Positions 50,382 to 60,665 of a stretch of 64,000 nucleotides of DNA are shown piece after piece; the first letter of the stretch is position 1; every line of letters begins with the position of its first letter. A program made the position numbers and the translations under genes. The DNA comes from an uncultured Geobacter sp. (GTDB lineage: Bacteria; Desulfobacterota; Desulfuromonadia; Geobacterales; DSM-12255). The notes beneath the pieces are model-generated. The model did not search any database and was not told the origin of the DNA. It saw only the letters and a list, made by a program, of their open reading frames with translations. Location: positions 33,214 to 97,213 of the forward strand of contig CAYSJJ010000001.1 of assembly GCA_964431365.1 (NCBI GenBank). Direction: 5' to 3'.

Positions 50382-51125
50382 TCATCCGAGATCTCCCCAG
50401 ACATGCTGGAGTATGGACAGGATCGCCAGACTGGCGGTCTCGGTGCGGAGTATCCGCCTTCCCAGGGTAACCGCGCAGTAGCCGGCTTCGCGGGCCGCTG
50501 CCACCTCTTCGCCGGTGAGTCCCCCTTCCGGACCGATGATGACCGCCACGCTGTCGGGGCGGGGGGTGTCGGCAAGCAGCCGACGGAGACCGACGGCCTC
50601 CTCCTCTTCCCAGAGGAGAAGCTTAACAGAATGTTCCCCCATCCGCAACACGTCGGCCAGATTCCTTGCCAGCCCCAGGTGGGGTACGTCCGGACGGTTG
50701 CACTGCCTGGCCGCTTCGCGGGTGATCCGCTCCCAGCGCGCCACTCTCCCTTCGACCCGCTCGTCGCGCAGGCGCGGGACGGAGCGGGCCGCATAGAAGG
50801 GGACAATGGACCCGACCCCCAGTTCGGTTCCCTTCTGGAGAATCAGCTCCAGCTTCTCCCCTTTCGGCATCCCCTGATAGATGGTTATGGCCGGGCCGTC
50901 GTGCCGGTGAACCGGCAGTTCCTCCCCCACGTTCAGTTCCAGCGCCGTATCGTCGACATGGACGATGGCAGCCGCGAACTCACGTCCGCCAGCGTCGGCA
51001 AGGACGAGCTCCGTGCCGCTCTTCAGTCTCAGTACCGTTGCCAGGTAGTGGTGTTCCCTGCCGGTCAGGGTGAGGGGGGTGCCGGGAGCGAGCGACAACG
51101 CGAGGATGATGCGGCGTCTGCTCAT
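50382..51125 (-). CDS. rsmE: 16S rRNA m3U1498 methyltransferase
   Basis: QKGTELGV, EAARQC.R, IIGPEGG and LGRRILRTETA. Confidence 0.96.
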   Translation of the reverse strand: MSRRRIILALSLAPGTPLTLTGREHHYLATVLRLKSGTELVLADAGGREFAAAIVHVDDTALELNVGEELPVHRHDGPAITIYQGMPKGEKLELILQKGTELGVGSIVPFYAARSVPRLRDERVEGRVARWERITREAARQCNRPDVPHLGLARNLADVLRMGEHSVKLLLWEEEEAVGLRRLLADTPRPDSVAVIIGPEGGLTGEEVAAAREAGYCAVTLGRRILRTETASLAILSILQHVWGDLG

Positions 51126-52042
51126 GGTCCCGAACGGTAGACGACGCAGCACCAGTCGCCGTCACGGGTAACCGTTGCCGGCGCCGCGAAGAGTGGGTCG
51201 AAAGCGCCGGTCACCACGGTCTCCTTCTCGTTCAGGATGCCGGAGAGGATCAAACGCCCACCTGCGGCCACCCTGGCGGTAAGCTCGCCTGCCATGCGTG
51301 CCAGGTCCTCGGCCAGGATGTTGGCGACGACGATGTCAAAGGTAGCGGCAACGCTCTGCAGCGGCGTGGTGGACGCTTCGATCCGCGTCTCGACGCCGTT
51401 CAGCACGGCATTCTCGGTGGTAACGTCGGCGGCGATCGGGTCTATGTCGATGGCGGTGACCGCAGGGACACCCAGGAGGGCCGCGCCGATGGCCAGGATG
51501 CCGGAGCCGCACCCCACGTCGAGGGCCGAGGCTACGGTCGATGGGGAGCCGAGCATCTCTTCCAGTGCCTGGAGGCAGAGGCGGGTGGTGGCGTGGGTGC
51601 CGGTGCCGAATGCCATCCCCGGGTCGAGACGGATGACGATGTCGCCTGCTTCTGCCGTGTAAGGCTCCCAGGTGGGGGCAACTATCAGCCGTTTGCCGAT
51701 CCGGGTCGGCTTGAAGTGCTCTTTCCAGGTGTTGGCCCAGTCTTCCTCGTGAACAGGGGTGACCACCGGCATGACGATGTCGCCGTGCTGATCGGGCGGG
51801 ATCAGGCTCTCCAGGACGCGCCGGATGGCGGCCACGGTCTCCCCGGTCGCGGCGTTTTCCGGCAGATAGGCCTTGATCGTGACGATGGACGGTTCGGTCA
51901 CCGTGTCGAGGGAAAAGGTGTCGACCGCCTGGTTATCGACACAGACACCGCTGCCGGTCAGGGCGACGAGTTCGTCAGCGACCTGGTCAGCCATGGCGGC
52001 TGGCACGCGACAGGCGATTTCCAGCCAGGTAGTGGTGGGCAT
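51122..52042 (-). CDS. prmA: Ribosomal protein L11 methyltransferase
   Basis: DPGMAFGTGTHATT, LDVGCGSGIL, ANILA and LSGIL. Confidence 0.96.
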   Translation of the reverse strand: MPTTTWLEIACRVPAAMADQVADELVALTGSGVCVDNQAVDTFSLDTVTEPSIVTIKAYLPENAATGETVAAIRRVLESLIPPDQHGDIVMPVVTPVHEEDWANTWKEHFKPTRIGKRLIVAPTWEPYTAEAGDIVIRLDPGMAFGTGTHATTRLCLQALEEMLGSPSTVASALDVGCGSGILAIGAALLGVPAVTAIDIDPIAADVTTENAVLNGVETRIEASTTPLQSVAATFDIVVANILAEDLARMAGELTARVAAGGRLILSGILNEKETVVTGAFDPLFAAPATVTRDGDWCCVVYRSGP

Positions 52043-52223
52043 GGGATTCCTTTCGTTTGAAAAGCGTCGCAAATGATTCCGGCACGTGCCAGCACTGTTC
52101 CGCGGCACCGCACCTGGGCCTTCTGCCCGGCTAACCTATCAGAATGGCGTGGTAATAACAATAAATTCCTTGACAACAGTCGGTTGGCGCGGTTAACTTC
52201 ATTAAAATTTACTCTAGAGGTGT

Positions 52224-53393
52224 TTGAGCCTGGAAGCGAAACGATCGGCCATAGTTGCGGCAGTGCAGTCCCAGCGTGAAGAGCTCTGGTCGGTGGCCGA
52301 AGAGCTGTACCGCAATCCCGAAACCGGCTTGAACGAGGTCCGGGCTGCTGAACTCCTGACCACGCTGCTGGAGCGGGAGGGGTTCGCGGTGGAGCGGGGC
52401 CTTGCCGGGATGCCTACCGCCTTCAGGGCGGTTACGGGCGAGGCGGGGCCGACGTTTGCCATCCTGGCCGAGATGGATGCCCTTCCCGAACTGGGGCATG
52501 CCTGCGGGCACAACATCATCGCGGCCGCTGCCGTTGGCGCCGCCTGCGCCCTCCGTCGCGTTCTGGCCGCCACCGATGCCCGGATCGTGGTTCTCGGCAC
52601 CCCTGCAGAGGAGATGGGGGTCGGCAAGGTGGCGATGATCAATGCCGGTCTCTTCGAGGGCGTCGACTTCGTCATCATGGTCCACCCCTCTTCCCGCCGG
52701 CGGGTCTTCAAGCAGTGGCTGGGGCTTGCCAAGATCCGCTATCTGTTCCATGGGAAGCCGGCGCACGCGGCGGCCTATCCCGAAGAGGGGATCAACGCCC
52801 TCGACGGGGTCATCCAGACGTTCAACAGCGTCAATGCCCTGCGGCAGCAGCTGAGGTCAGACGTCCGGGTGCACGGCATCATCACCGACGGGGGAAAGGC
52901 CCCCAACATCATTCCCGAGCGGGCGGCCTGCTTCTTCTACGTCCGGGCCGACGACCTGGAAGAGATGCTGGCCGTTCGGGAGCGGGTGACCGACTGTGCG
53001 CGGGGGGCGGCCTTGGCGACCGGCTGCCGTCTGGAGGTACTGACCGAACCTGGGGTGCTGGCCCCGCTCAGGATCCTCAGTTCCTACTCACAGGTATACG
53101 CGGAGCAGTTGGCATTTCTCGGGCTCGAGACCTCCAACGCGCCGCCAAACATAAATAAGGGCTCGTCGGATATCGGCAATGTCTCGCGGGTGGTGCCGAC
53201 CATCCATCCCCACGTGCCGATCGGTCCAGGACTCCATATCCATACGGAGGAGTTCGCCCGGGCCACCGTGGCCGAGGGGGGGCGGCAGGCGGTCATGGAG
53301 GGGGCGATGGCCATGGCCCTGACCGTGGCCGAGATAGCTGCCCGGCCGGCGCTTCAGGATGAAATTCGGCAGGAATTTTTGACAGTAGGTTGA
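52224..53393 (+). CDS. M20 family amidohydrolase (Acy1L2-like)
   Basis: EMDALP, HACGHN, GTPAEE, HAAAYP and GSSDIGNVS; TTGACA-17-TTAACT at 52170-52198. Confidence 0.92.
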   Translation: MSLEAKRSAIVAAVQSQREELWSVAEELYRNPETGLNEVRAAELLTTLLEREGFAVERGLAGMPTAFRAVTGEAGPTFAILAEMDALPELGHACGHNIIAAAAVGAACALRRVLAATDARIVVLGTPAEEMGVGKVAMINAGLFEGVDFVIMVHPSSRRRVFKQWLGLAKIRYLFHGKPAHAAAYPEEGINALDGVIQTFNSVNALRQQLRSDVRVHGIITDGGKAPNIIPERAACFFYVRADDLEEMLAVRERVTDCARGAALATGCRLEVLTEPGVLAPLRILSSYSQVYAEQLAFLGLETSNAPPNINKGSSDIGNVSRVVPTIHPHVPIGPGLHIHTEEFARATVAEGGRQAVMEGAMAMALTVAEIAARPALQDEIRQEFLTVG

Positions 53394-53466
53394 AAATTTG
53401 TTGCTCTTTAATGATAGTATGCTATTGTGCTTAATTAAGAGCAGCTAAACCGTGGTGTGGTGACAA

Positions 53467-54282
53467 TTGGCACAGCAACTCTACCTTCTCTCCGATGCCA
53501 CAGGCGAAACCGTTGATCGGGTCGTACGGGCGGTCCTCTCCCAGTTCAAGGAGGTGGAAATCCACGTCAACCGTTTCAGCCAGATCAGGGAGGAAGCGGA
53601 GATCGTCGATATCATCGACGTGATCGTGGATAACCCGGGCATCATCATCTATACCCTGGTCAACCGCGAGCTTGCCCAGTTCCTGCAGGAAAAGGTCGAA
53701 GAGCGCGGCCTGGATGCGATCGATCTCCTGAGTCCGCTGCTGTACAAACTCTCCGACTTTTTCAACCTGCCGCCCCAGCAGGAACCAGGGCTGCTGTACG
53801 AGATGAACGCCGAGTACTACAAGCGGGTGGAGGCGGTCAATTTTACGGTCAAGCAGGACGACGGCCAGGAGCTCCGGCATCTCTACCGGGCCGACGTCGT
53901 GCTGGTGGGGGCCTCGCGGACGTCAAAGACGCCACTCTCCATGTACCTGGCCCACAAAGGGTACAAGGTGGCGAACGTTCCGCTGGTAAAGGGGATCGAT
54001 CCCCCGAAGGAGCTGTTCGAGATCGATCAGAACCGGGTGGTAGGCCTTCTGGTGGATCCCAAGCGGCTGGTCGAACTCAGGGCTGCGCGTCTGATTCAGC
54101 TGCACCAGAATCCGCGGAGCAAGTACGCCAGCTACGACGAGGTCCTGGACGAGGTAATCTGCTGCAAACAGCTCTATCGCCGCAATTCCCAGTGGCTGGT
54201 GATCGATATCACCCACAAGTCGGTGGAGGAGGCGGCAAGCGAAATCATGAAGAAAATGGCGGGACTGGGTCTCATAAACTAA
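53467..54282 (+). CDS. PEP synthase/PPDK regulatory kinase-pyrophosphorylase (DUF299)
   Basis: LSDATGET, KQDDG and GASRTSKTPLSMYLA; TTG start. Confidence 0.93.
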   Translation: MAQQLYLLSDATGETVDRVVRAVLSQFKEVEIHVNRFSQIREEAEIVDIIDVIVDNPGIIIYTLVNRELAQFLQEKVEERGLDAIDLLSPLLYKLSDFFNLPPQQEPGLLYEMNAEYYKRVEAVNFTVKQDDGQELRHLYRADVVLVGASRTSKTPLSMYLAHKGYKVANVPLVKGIDPPKELFEIDQNRVVGLLVDPKRLVELRAARLIQLHQNPRSKYASYDEVLDEVICCKQLYRRNSQWLVIDITHKSVEEAASEIMKKMAGLGLIN

Positions 54283-54341
54283 CTGTCAGGAACATTGCGC
54301 TTCGAGCGGGTGAATACAAGTGACATGAGGAGGTCGGAACA

Positions 54342-55016
54342 ATGCGCATTCTCGTGGTAGAGGATGAAAAGAAGGTTTCAAGTTTCATCAAGCGTGGCTT
54401 GGAGGAAGAGAAGTTTGAGGTCGACGTGGCCGCGGATGGTGAGGAAGGGCTGAAGCTCGCCATGGAGAAGGTTTACGATCTTCTGGTCCTCGACTGGATG
54501 CTCCCGAAGCGGGATGGACTCTCCGTGCTGAAGGAGCTGCGGGATCGCCGGGTCTCGACCCCGGTCCTGATGCTTACCGCCAAGGATACGGTGGAAGACA
54601 TCGTTGCCGGACTGGAGTCCGGTTCCGACGATTACCTGACCAAGCCGTTCGCCTTCGCCGAACTGCTGGCCCGGGTAAAGGCGCTCATCCGGCGGAGCGA
54701 GATGGACCGCGGTGCGGAACTCCGCTTCGGCGACCTGAAACTCGACCCGGTCACCCACAAGGTCTGGCGCGGTGACAAGGAGATCGACCTGACCGCCAAG
54801 GAATATGCGCTCCTCGAATACTTCATGCGCAACCCGAACCAGGTGCTGACGCGGACCATGATTGCCGATCATGTCTGGGATTACACCTTCGACAGCTTCA
54901 CCAACATCATCGACGTGTACGTCAACTACCTGCGGAAGAAGATCGACCGGGACGCCGACAAGAAGCTGATCCACACGGTGCGCGGTGTCGGGTATATCCT
55001 TAAGGAGCAGGAATAG
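54342..55016 (+). CDS. OmpR-family response regulator (CusR/CzcR-like), no adjacent kinase
   Basis: MRILVVEDE, LDWMLP, DDYLTKPF, LTAKEY and IHTVRGVGY. Confidence 0.95.
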   Translation: MRILVVEDEKKVSSFIKRGLEEEKFEVDVAADGEEGLKLAMEKVYDLLVLDWMLPKRDGLSVLKELRDRRVSTPVLMLTAKDTVEDIVAGLESGSDDYLTKPFAFAELLARVKALIRRSEMDRGAELRFGDLKLDPVTHKVWRGDKEIDLTAKEYALLEYFMRNPNQVLTRTMIADHVWDYTFDSFTNIIDVYVNYLRKKIDRDADKKLIHTVRGVGYILKEQE

Positions 55017-55041
55017 CATCCAACGTTCGTACCGATCGTTC

Positions 55042-55074
55042 AAAGCCCCGGCAGCCAGCTGCCGGGGCTTTTTT
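55042..55074 (+). terminator. Rho-independent terminator
   Basis: AAAGCCCCGGCAGC-CA-GCTGCCGGGGCTTTTTT. Confidence 0.9.
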
Positions 55075-55157
55075 CGTTGTATCTGCAGCTCCCACCGGTT
55101 GACAGAGCCACATCGGCTCATTACATTTATGGGATTCAACGTTAAGGAGGTTTCGCC

Positions 55158-56552
55158 ATGTTTCAGTCTGTTTCCCGTTTTCTGGCCCTGTCTCTCGCAA
55201 TCCTCCTGGGGTGCCTGGCCGCAGGCGAAGAGAGCTTCGCCAAGAGCGGCCCCCCCGACTTCGTAGAGCTGGCCAAAAAATTGAAGCCGACCGTGGTCAA
55301 CATCGGTACGGCCAAGACCATCAAGCCGCAGCGGCGTTTCAGGCAGCCGCAGAACCAGTTTGGTAACGATCCTTTTCAGGACTTCTTCGACCGGTTCTTC
55401 GAGGAACAGCAGCCCCATGCCTTCAAGCAGCGGAGCCTCGGCTCGGGATTCCTGATCGAGGGGGGATACATCATCACCAATAACCACGTGGTGGCGGGTG
55501 CCGACGAGATCAAGGTCAAGCTGGACGACAACCGTGAGTTCAAGGCCGAGGTAAAGGGGCTGGACGAGAAGCTGGATCTGGCCCTGCTGAAGATCGACGC
55601 CAAAGGTGACCTGCCGGCCGCCCGGCTCGGTAATAGCGACAGCATCGAGGTAGGCGAGTGGGTGATGGCTATCGGCAACCCGTTCGGTCTGGCCGAAACG
55701 GTCACCGCCGGGATCGTCAGCGCCAAGGGGCGGGTCATCGGGAGCGGCCCCTATGACGACTTCATCCAGACCGACGCCTCCATCAACCCCGGGAATTCGG
55801 GTGGCCCCCTGTTCAATGCCAAGGGGGAGGTGATCGGCATAAACACGGCAATCATCGCCGGGGGGCAGGGGATCGGCTTCGCCATCCCGGTGAACATGGC
55901 CAAGTCGATCATCCCGCAGCTCAAGGACAAGGGGAAGGTGACGCGGGGGTGGCTCGGGGTCTCCATTCAGCCGGTGACTCCGGACCTGGCCCAGTCGTTC
56001 GGGCTTTCCGCCGAGAAGGGGGCGCTGGTGGCCGAGGTCCTGCCCGACAGCCCGGCCGAGAAGGCCGGCATCAAGGCGGGGGACATCATCACCGAATTCG
56101 ACGGCAAGCAGGTTAACGAGATGAGCGAACTCCCCCGCATGGTGGCCGCCACCACGGTGGGGAAAAAGGTGACCCTCAAGCTGCTCCGGGAAGGGGCGGC
56201 GGAGGAGCTCCCGGTTACGATCGAGAAGCTGAAGGACGGCGATGACGGAGAAAAGAGCGGCGCAGCCGCGGACAAGCTGGGGATCACGGTGCAGGCGCTG
56301 ACCAAGGAGTTGGCGGCCCGCTACCGGACCAAGGAGACCACCGGCGTGGTGGTTGCCGATCTCTCGGTCGACGGTGCCGCACAGGAGGCGGGGATTGCCC
56401 GGGGTGACGTGATCAGGGAGATCAACGGCCGGAAGATCGCCACAGTCGGCGACTATGAAAAGGCGATAGCGGCCCGGAAGAAGGGAGCTGCGATCCGGTT
56501 CCTGGTGAAGCGCGGCAATTCGTCCCTCTACATCGCCTTCAAGGTCGACTAG
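55158..56552 (+). CDS. degP: DegP/DegQ (HtrA) serine protease with two PDZ domains
   Basis: Signal peptide; GSGF, TNNHVV, DLAL, QTDASINPGNSGGPL and GWLGV. Confidence 0.95.
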   Translation: MFQSVSRFLALSLAILLGCLAAGEESFAKSGPPDFVELAKKLKPTVVNIGTAKTIKPQRRFRQPQNQFGNDPFQDFFDRFFEEQQPHAFKQRSLGSGFLIEGGYIITNNHVVAGADEIKVKLDDNREFKAEVKGLDEKLDLALLKIDAKGDLPAARLGNSDSIEVGEWVMAIGNPFGLAETVTAGIVSAKGRVIGSGPYDDFIQTDASINPGNSGGPLFNAKGEVIGINTAIIAGGQGIGFAIPVNMAKSIIPQLKDKGKVTRGWLGVSIQPVTPDLAQSFGLSAEKGALVAEVLPDSPAEKAGIKAGDIITEFDGKQVNEMSELPRMVAATTVGKKVTLKLLREGAAEELPVTIEKLKDGDDGEKSGAAADKLGITVQALTKELAARYRTKETTGVVVADLSVDGAAQEAGIARGDVIREINGRKIATVGDYEKAIAARKKGAAIRFLVKRGNSSLYIAFKVD

Positions 56553-56554
56553 TC

Positions 56555-56673
56555 GGTTGCTGAAAAACAGCCATCTCGCCGCCGTCCTCGCAAGCTACCT
56601 TGTGCGGCGTAGCGCTGCTACGCCTCCGCGGAGCCTGCTGCGGGTGCGACGATCTGACTATTTTTGAGCAACC
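56555..56673 (+). repeat. Family A repeat, copy 6
   Basis: Begins 2 bp after the degP TAG (same CTAGTC flank as copy 5). Confidence 0.95.
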
Positions 56674-56713
56674 TGGTTACAATAATTCATGAAAAGAAAC
56701 CGGGAGGGAAGTC

Positions 56714-58210
56714 ATGAAATGCACAGCAGTTGTAGCCGACCCGACAGCCTATCCCTGCCCGGCCCTGGTGCTCGGCTGTTTCGAGAATATGGCAGAGACC
56801 CCGTTCCTGGCGGAGTTGGACGCTGCGCTTCACGGTGCCGTTTCGGCGCTCTATGCCCAGAAGGAGTTTACCGGCGGCCTGAACAAGACCAAGATCGTCC
56901 ATACCTGCGCCAGGATACCGGCGGAGCGGCTGCTCCTGGTCGGTCTAGGGAAGGCCGGAGAGCTGACCGCAGAGAGGCTCCGCCAGGGAGCGGGCTCGGC
57001 TGCCCAGGCCCTGCGGGGAGCGCGCCTGACAACTGCCGGGTCGCTGCTCCACCTGGCCGGACTGGCCGCGGACGAGGCTGTGTCGGCGTCCGTGGTCGGC
57101 CTGCAGCTGGGGGGCTACGCCTTCAACCGTTACAAGACCGGCAGGGACGAGGCAAAGCCGCTGGCCGGGATCACGCTCCTGATGACGGATAAGAAAGGGG
57201 CCCAGGCGGCTAAGAGCGTCATCGGGGAGGCCGAAACCCTCTGCCACGGCGTGCTGCTCGCCCGCGATCTGGTTTCTCTCCCCGGCAACGAAGCGACCCC
57301 AGCCTATATCGCTGGAAGGGCGCAGGAGCTGGCCGGTCTCGCCGGGGTCAGCTGCGCCGTGCTGGAACAGGCAGAGTTGGAGGAGCTGGGGATGGGGGGG
57401 GTCCTGGCGGTCGGCAAGGGGTCGAAACACTCTCCCCGGTTCGTAGTGCTGGAGTATCAGGGGGGGCGCCCTGGCGAGCGGCCGGTGATCCTGGTGGGGA
57501 AAGGGGTCACCTTCGACTCGGGGGGGATCTCACTCAAGCCGCGTGAGGGGATGGAGCGGATGAAGGACGACATGGCCGGCGCTGCGGCGGTCCTCGGCAC
57601 GGTACAGGCGGCCGCCGGACTGGGGCTGCCGGTCAACGTGGTGGGGCTCGCCCCGCTGGTGGAGAACATGCCGGACGGCGGCTCGTACAAGCCGGGGGAC
57701 ATCGTGACCACCATGGCCGGGAAGACGGTCGAGATCAACAACACCGATGCGGAGGGGCGGATGATCCTCTGCGACGCGCTGCATTACGCCCAACAATACA
57801 AGCCTGCCGTGCTGATCGACCTAGCTACCCTTACCGGCGCCTGTCTGGTGGCCCTCGGCGACCAGGCGACCGGGATGATGGGGACGGACGAAGCCTTGAA
57901 GCGGACCCTGGCCAGGGCCGGCGAGGCCACCGGCGAGCGGGTCTGGGAGCTGCCGTTGTGGGATGAGTACGGGGAGGCGATGAAGAGCGACGTTGCCGAC
58001 CTGAAGAACGCCGGCGGCCCCCATGCCGGCACCATCACCGCCGCCTGGTTCCTGAAGCAGTTCAGCGGCAAGGCCAAGTGGGTGCATCTGGACATCGCCG
58101 GTACCGCCTGGGAGGAGAAGGGGCGGCACTACCTCCCGAAAGGGGCGACCGGCGTCGGCGTACGGCTGTTGATCGAGTATCTGTCCGGGGTGGCGGGAAA
58201 ACGTGGTTGA
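56714..58210 (+). CDS. pepA: Leucyl aminopeptidase (M17)
   Basis: VGKGVTFDSGG, MKDDMAG, NTDAEGR, ATLTGA and HLDIAG. Confidence 0.96.
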   Translation: MKCTAVVADPTAYPCPALVLGCFENMAETPFLAELDAALHGAVSALYAQKEFTGGLNKTKIVHTCARIPAERLLLVGLGKAGELTAERLRQGAGSAAQALRGARLTTAGSLLHLAGLAADEAVSASVVGLQLGGYAFNRYKTGRDEAKPLAGITLLMTDKKGAQAAKSVIGEAETLCHGVLLARDLVSLPGNEATPAYIAGRAQELAGLAGVSCAVLEQAELEELGMGGVLAVGKGSKHSPRFVVLEYQGGRPGERPVILVGKGVTFDSGGISLKPREGMERMKDDMAGAAAVLGTVQAAAGLGLPVNVVGLAPLVENMPDGGSYKPGDIVTTMAGKTVEINNTDAEGRMILCDALHYAQQYKPAVLIDLATLTGACLVALGDQATGMMGTDEALKRTLARAGEATGERVWELPLWDEYGEAMKSDVADLKNAGGPHAGTITAAWFLKQFSGKAKWVHLDIAGTAWEEKGRHYLPKGATGVGVRLLIEYLSGVAGKRG

Positions 58211-58379
58211 AAGGTTAGCCATTGAGGCCCGTTTCCGATCACCACCAGCGATTTGGCTTCTGATAAGAGTCCACGTTGATTGCAAACCTCTCAGACGTCA
58301 TGTGAGTCTTGTTGTCAATCGGCCGCGGGAATCGCTGGAGTTGCGCCCCACCAGCCATCCATGCCTCGTGGGATATAGG

Positions 58380-58919
58380 TTACTCGATCAGCAGGAACGC
58401 GTACCGGTTCATCTCTTCCTCGAAGCCGGCCAGGACCTCGATGGGGTAGCCGAACTTGGCTGCCGTGGCGAAGACGTCGACCCCCATCCCTTCCGGGGTG
58501 GGGCGGGCCAGGTTGCGGTTGTGGCAGGCGGTACGGGTCCGGGCGCACTCCCTGCACAGCTTGCAGTTGTCCATGAAGAGCAGAAAGGCCTTCTGGTAGC
58601 CTGCGAGAAAGACCTCCCGTTCCAGTTCCAGCAACTGCATGTTGACCCCCCGTGTCCAGGCGTGGCGCTCCTCGGGATCGTCGAACCGCTTGCTGAAGCG
58701 GAAGATGACGCCGAGCCGGTATTCCCGGAAGAATTCGCGACACTCGGCCACCGGTGGAGTGTTCGGCGGGCAGGAGGCGTTACGACCGTAGTCGCTGCAG
58801 CCGAACATGCATTTCATCCGTACCCACTGGCCAACCACGATCTCGGCCGGATCGATCCAGCGGAACTCCTTCCCACCTTTCACCTGAAACAGCCTCTGCA
58901 GTAGCGCCTGATCCGCCAT
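58380..58919 (-). CDS. DUF2284-like Cys-rich metal-binding protein
   Basis: VRMKCMFGC..YG..SCPP, CKLCREC and RPTPEGMGVDVF. Confidence 0.8.
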   Translation of the reverse strand: MADQALLQRLFQVKGGKEFRWIDPAEIVVGQWVRMKCMFGCSDYGRNASCPPNTPPVAECREFFREYRLGVIFRFSKRFDDPEERHAWTRGVNMQLLELEREVFLAGYQKAFLLFMDNCKLCRECARTRTACHNRNLARPTPEGMGVDVFATAAKFGYPIEVLAGFEEEMNRYAFLLIE

Positions 58920-59145
58920 ATATGCTCCCCGTCAGTTCTCTCGCATGAACCGCAAAGACCCCCGCGATTCCTCTTGGGCAAACCTACACGTCGGTTCCGG
59001 CGCTGTCAAGGAACCGGATACCCGCTCCCTGTAGCGGTATCTCTCCGCAGCCGGTTCCCGGCGAATCGACAGAGCAAATCCTGACTATGTGACGTATTCT
59101 GTCCTGCATGCGTGTTCCTATGGAGAAAAACGCAGGAGGTGCGCC

Positions 59146-59412
59146 GTGATTTATTTGACCAACGATGTCTACGATCAGGCAGTCTATTGCGAACTGCACT
59201 CGCAGAAGCCCCGGCGAGTCGCGGGCGAGATGGAGCAACGCTTTACCGGTGTATTGGGGAACGGCGTGAGCGAAGTGCCGGTGACGGTACGGAGGTGGCG
59301 CGATTACGTGGAAGTTGTGTTCGGCGCCCCGAGCATGCTCTTTTCCTGTGTGGACGAGCGTCTCGTTCGAAGCCTGGTTGGTGATGCGGTGCGGGAACTG
59401 GCCGCCGCTTGA
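59146..59412 (+). CDS. Hypothetical protein
   Basis: AGGAGG RBS before GTG 59146; 88 aa. Confidence 0.7.
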   Translation: MIYLTNDVYDQAVYCELHSQKPRRVAGEMEQRFTGVLGNGVSEVPVTVRRWRDYVEVVFGAPSMLFSCVDERLVRSLVGDAVRELAAA

Positions 59413-59682
59413 TGCCGGGGCGCGCCGCGAATTGGCGTGGCTGGTGACAGGCTGTCCTGTTCCCCTCTGCGATTGTGTCCAGCAGGGTCGGTGTCTTGTT
59501 TAGGTATTGAACAGACGTCATCGGCCATTGGCCGGCCTCAAACGGGGAGGCGTCGTTCGGTGATGCTAACCGTCTGAAATGACTTGTGGCTATATTAGCT
59601 GTAAATAATGCCAGTGGCTGATTTTCTGGCACTGATCTAGTATTCAAGTGAAGAAAGGATTCGACTGGTCAGGAGGTGCTGG

Positions 59683-60039
59683 ATGAATCAGTATGCAACC
59701 GCTATTTTGACGCTGACTGCTGCCATGGTCTGTTTCATGGTGATGCGTATCTACGGCGACTGGCTCCGGATTGCCGCCGCAAGGGAACAGGGTACGCCGG
59801 AGGAGCTGGACGGCATGCGGGAATCCATCTGTCGCTGGCAGATGCGCCACCTGTCCGGTGTGGTGGTCTCGGTCGTCCTGGTTGCTGGCATCTGTTTCCT
59901 GCCGGTGTTATCCTCCTGCGCCAGTTTTGCCGGTGCGATTGTCGCCTACGCGGTTATTTCCTGCTGCCTGGCGGCTACTGAAACGGTATTGATGCAGCGG
60001 TTGACAACGGTAACGGTCCGGTTGGTTGCCAGAGACTGA
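59683..60039 (+). CDS. Hypothetical membrane protein
   Basis: AGGAGG RBS; three hydrophobic segments. Confidence 0.7.
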   Translation: MNQYATAILTLTAAMVCFMVMRIYGDWLRIAAAREQGTPEELDGMRESICRWQMRHLSGVVVSVVLVAGICFLPVLSSCASFAGAIVAYAVISCCLAATETVLMQRLTTVTVRLVARD

Positions 60040-60062
60040 CCGTTTTCATCCAGCGCGGTTTG

Positions 60063-60107
60063 AAAAAAAAAGGGGGGGGAGCACCATGCTCCCCCCCCTT
60101 TTTTTTT
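60063..60107. terminator. Perfect bidirectional terminator
   Basis: A9-G8-AGCA-CCA-TGCT-C8-T9 between convergent genes. Confidence 0.9.
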
Positions 60108-60134
60108 GATCTGCTGATGCTGAAGACGATCCCC

Positions 60135-60566
60135 TCAATAGTGCGGATACCCGGGGCGCCTGCGCCGGATGGCGTGCTCGATGAGAAAAAAGGCGCGGAT
60201 AAAGAGGACACCCTTGCGCCATAGGTCCACGAGGTCGATGAGGAAATGGAAGAGGAGGCCGACAAGCAGCGGGAGCAGCAGCGGATAGAGCAGGGCCAAT
60301 ATCCCGACCAGCAGGAAAAAATCGATCGTATGGAAAAGGCAGAGGCCCACATAGGGGATCGTATGCTCGATATACTGCAGGTCGGCGAAATAGCGGAACA
60401 TCCCTCGGACGTCGAAGCGGCCGGTCCGTACGACGTAGAGGAAGTAGTGGTCAACGTCGATGAGGACACCGCCGACGGCGAAGAGGAGTAGTTCAGAACC
60501 TTTCAGCCATGGCGAAAGGGCTGCCGCGGCGACACCGGTAGCTGCCAGATGACGGGTAAGGGTCAT
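60135..60566 (-). CDS. Putative membrane-bound metal-dependent hydrolase-like protein
   Basis: H near the N-terminus, IDVDH, FHT and HFLID within hydrophobic helices (YdjM-like pattern). Confidence 0.65.
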   Translation of the reverse strand: MTLTRHLAATGVAAAALSPWLKGSELLLFAVGGVLIDVDHYFLYVVRTGRFDVRGMFRYFADLQYIEHTIPYVGLCLFHTIDFFLLVGILALLYPLLLPLLVGLLFHFLIDLVDLWRKGVLFIRAFFLIEHAIRRRRPGYPHY

Positions 60567-60665
60567 GGCTCCCACACGTTAACAGTAGCGAACAGCTGCG
60601 GGAACTGCATCCCCGCAGCTGTCGAGAGCGGTCGAAGATGAGGTTGCAGCCGGGTCCAGGTACGT

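Noticed and set aside
59626..59642. Sigma54 promoter (TGGCAC-N5-TAGT) before the CDS at 59683
   Set aside because: The -24 element matches, but the conserved -12 GC is missing.
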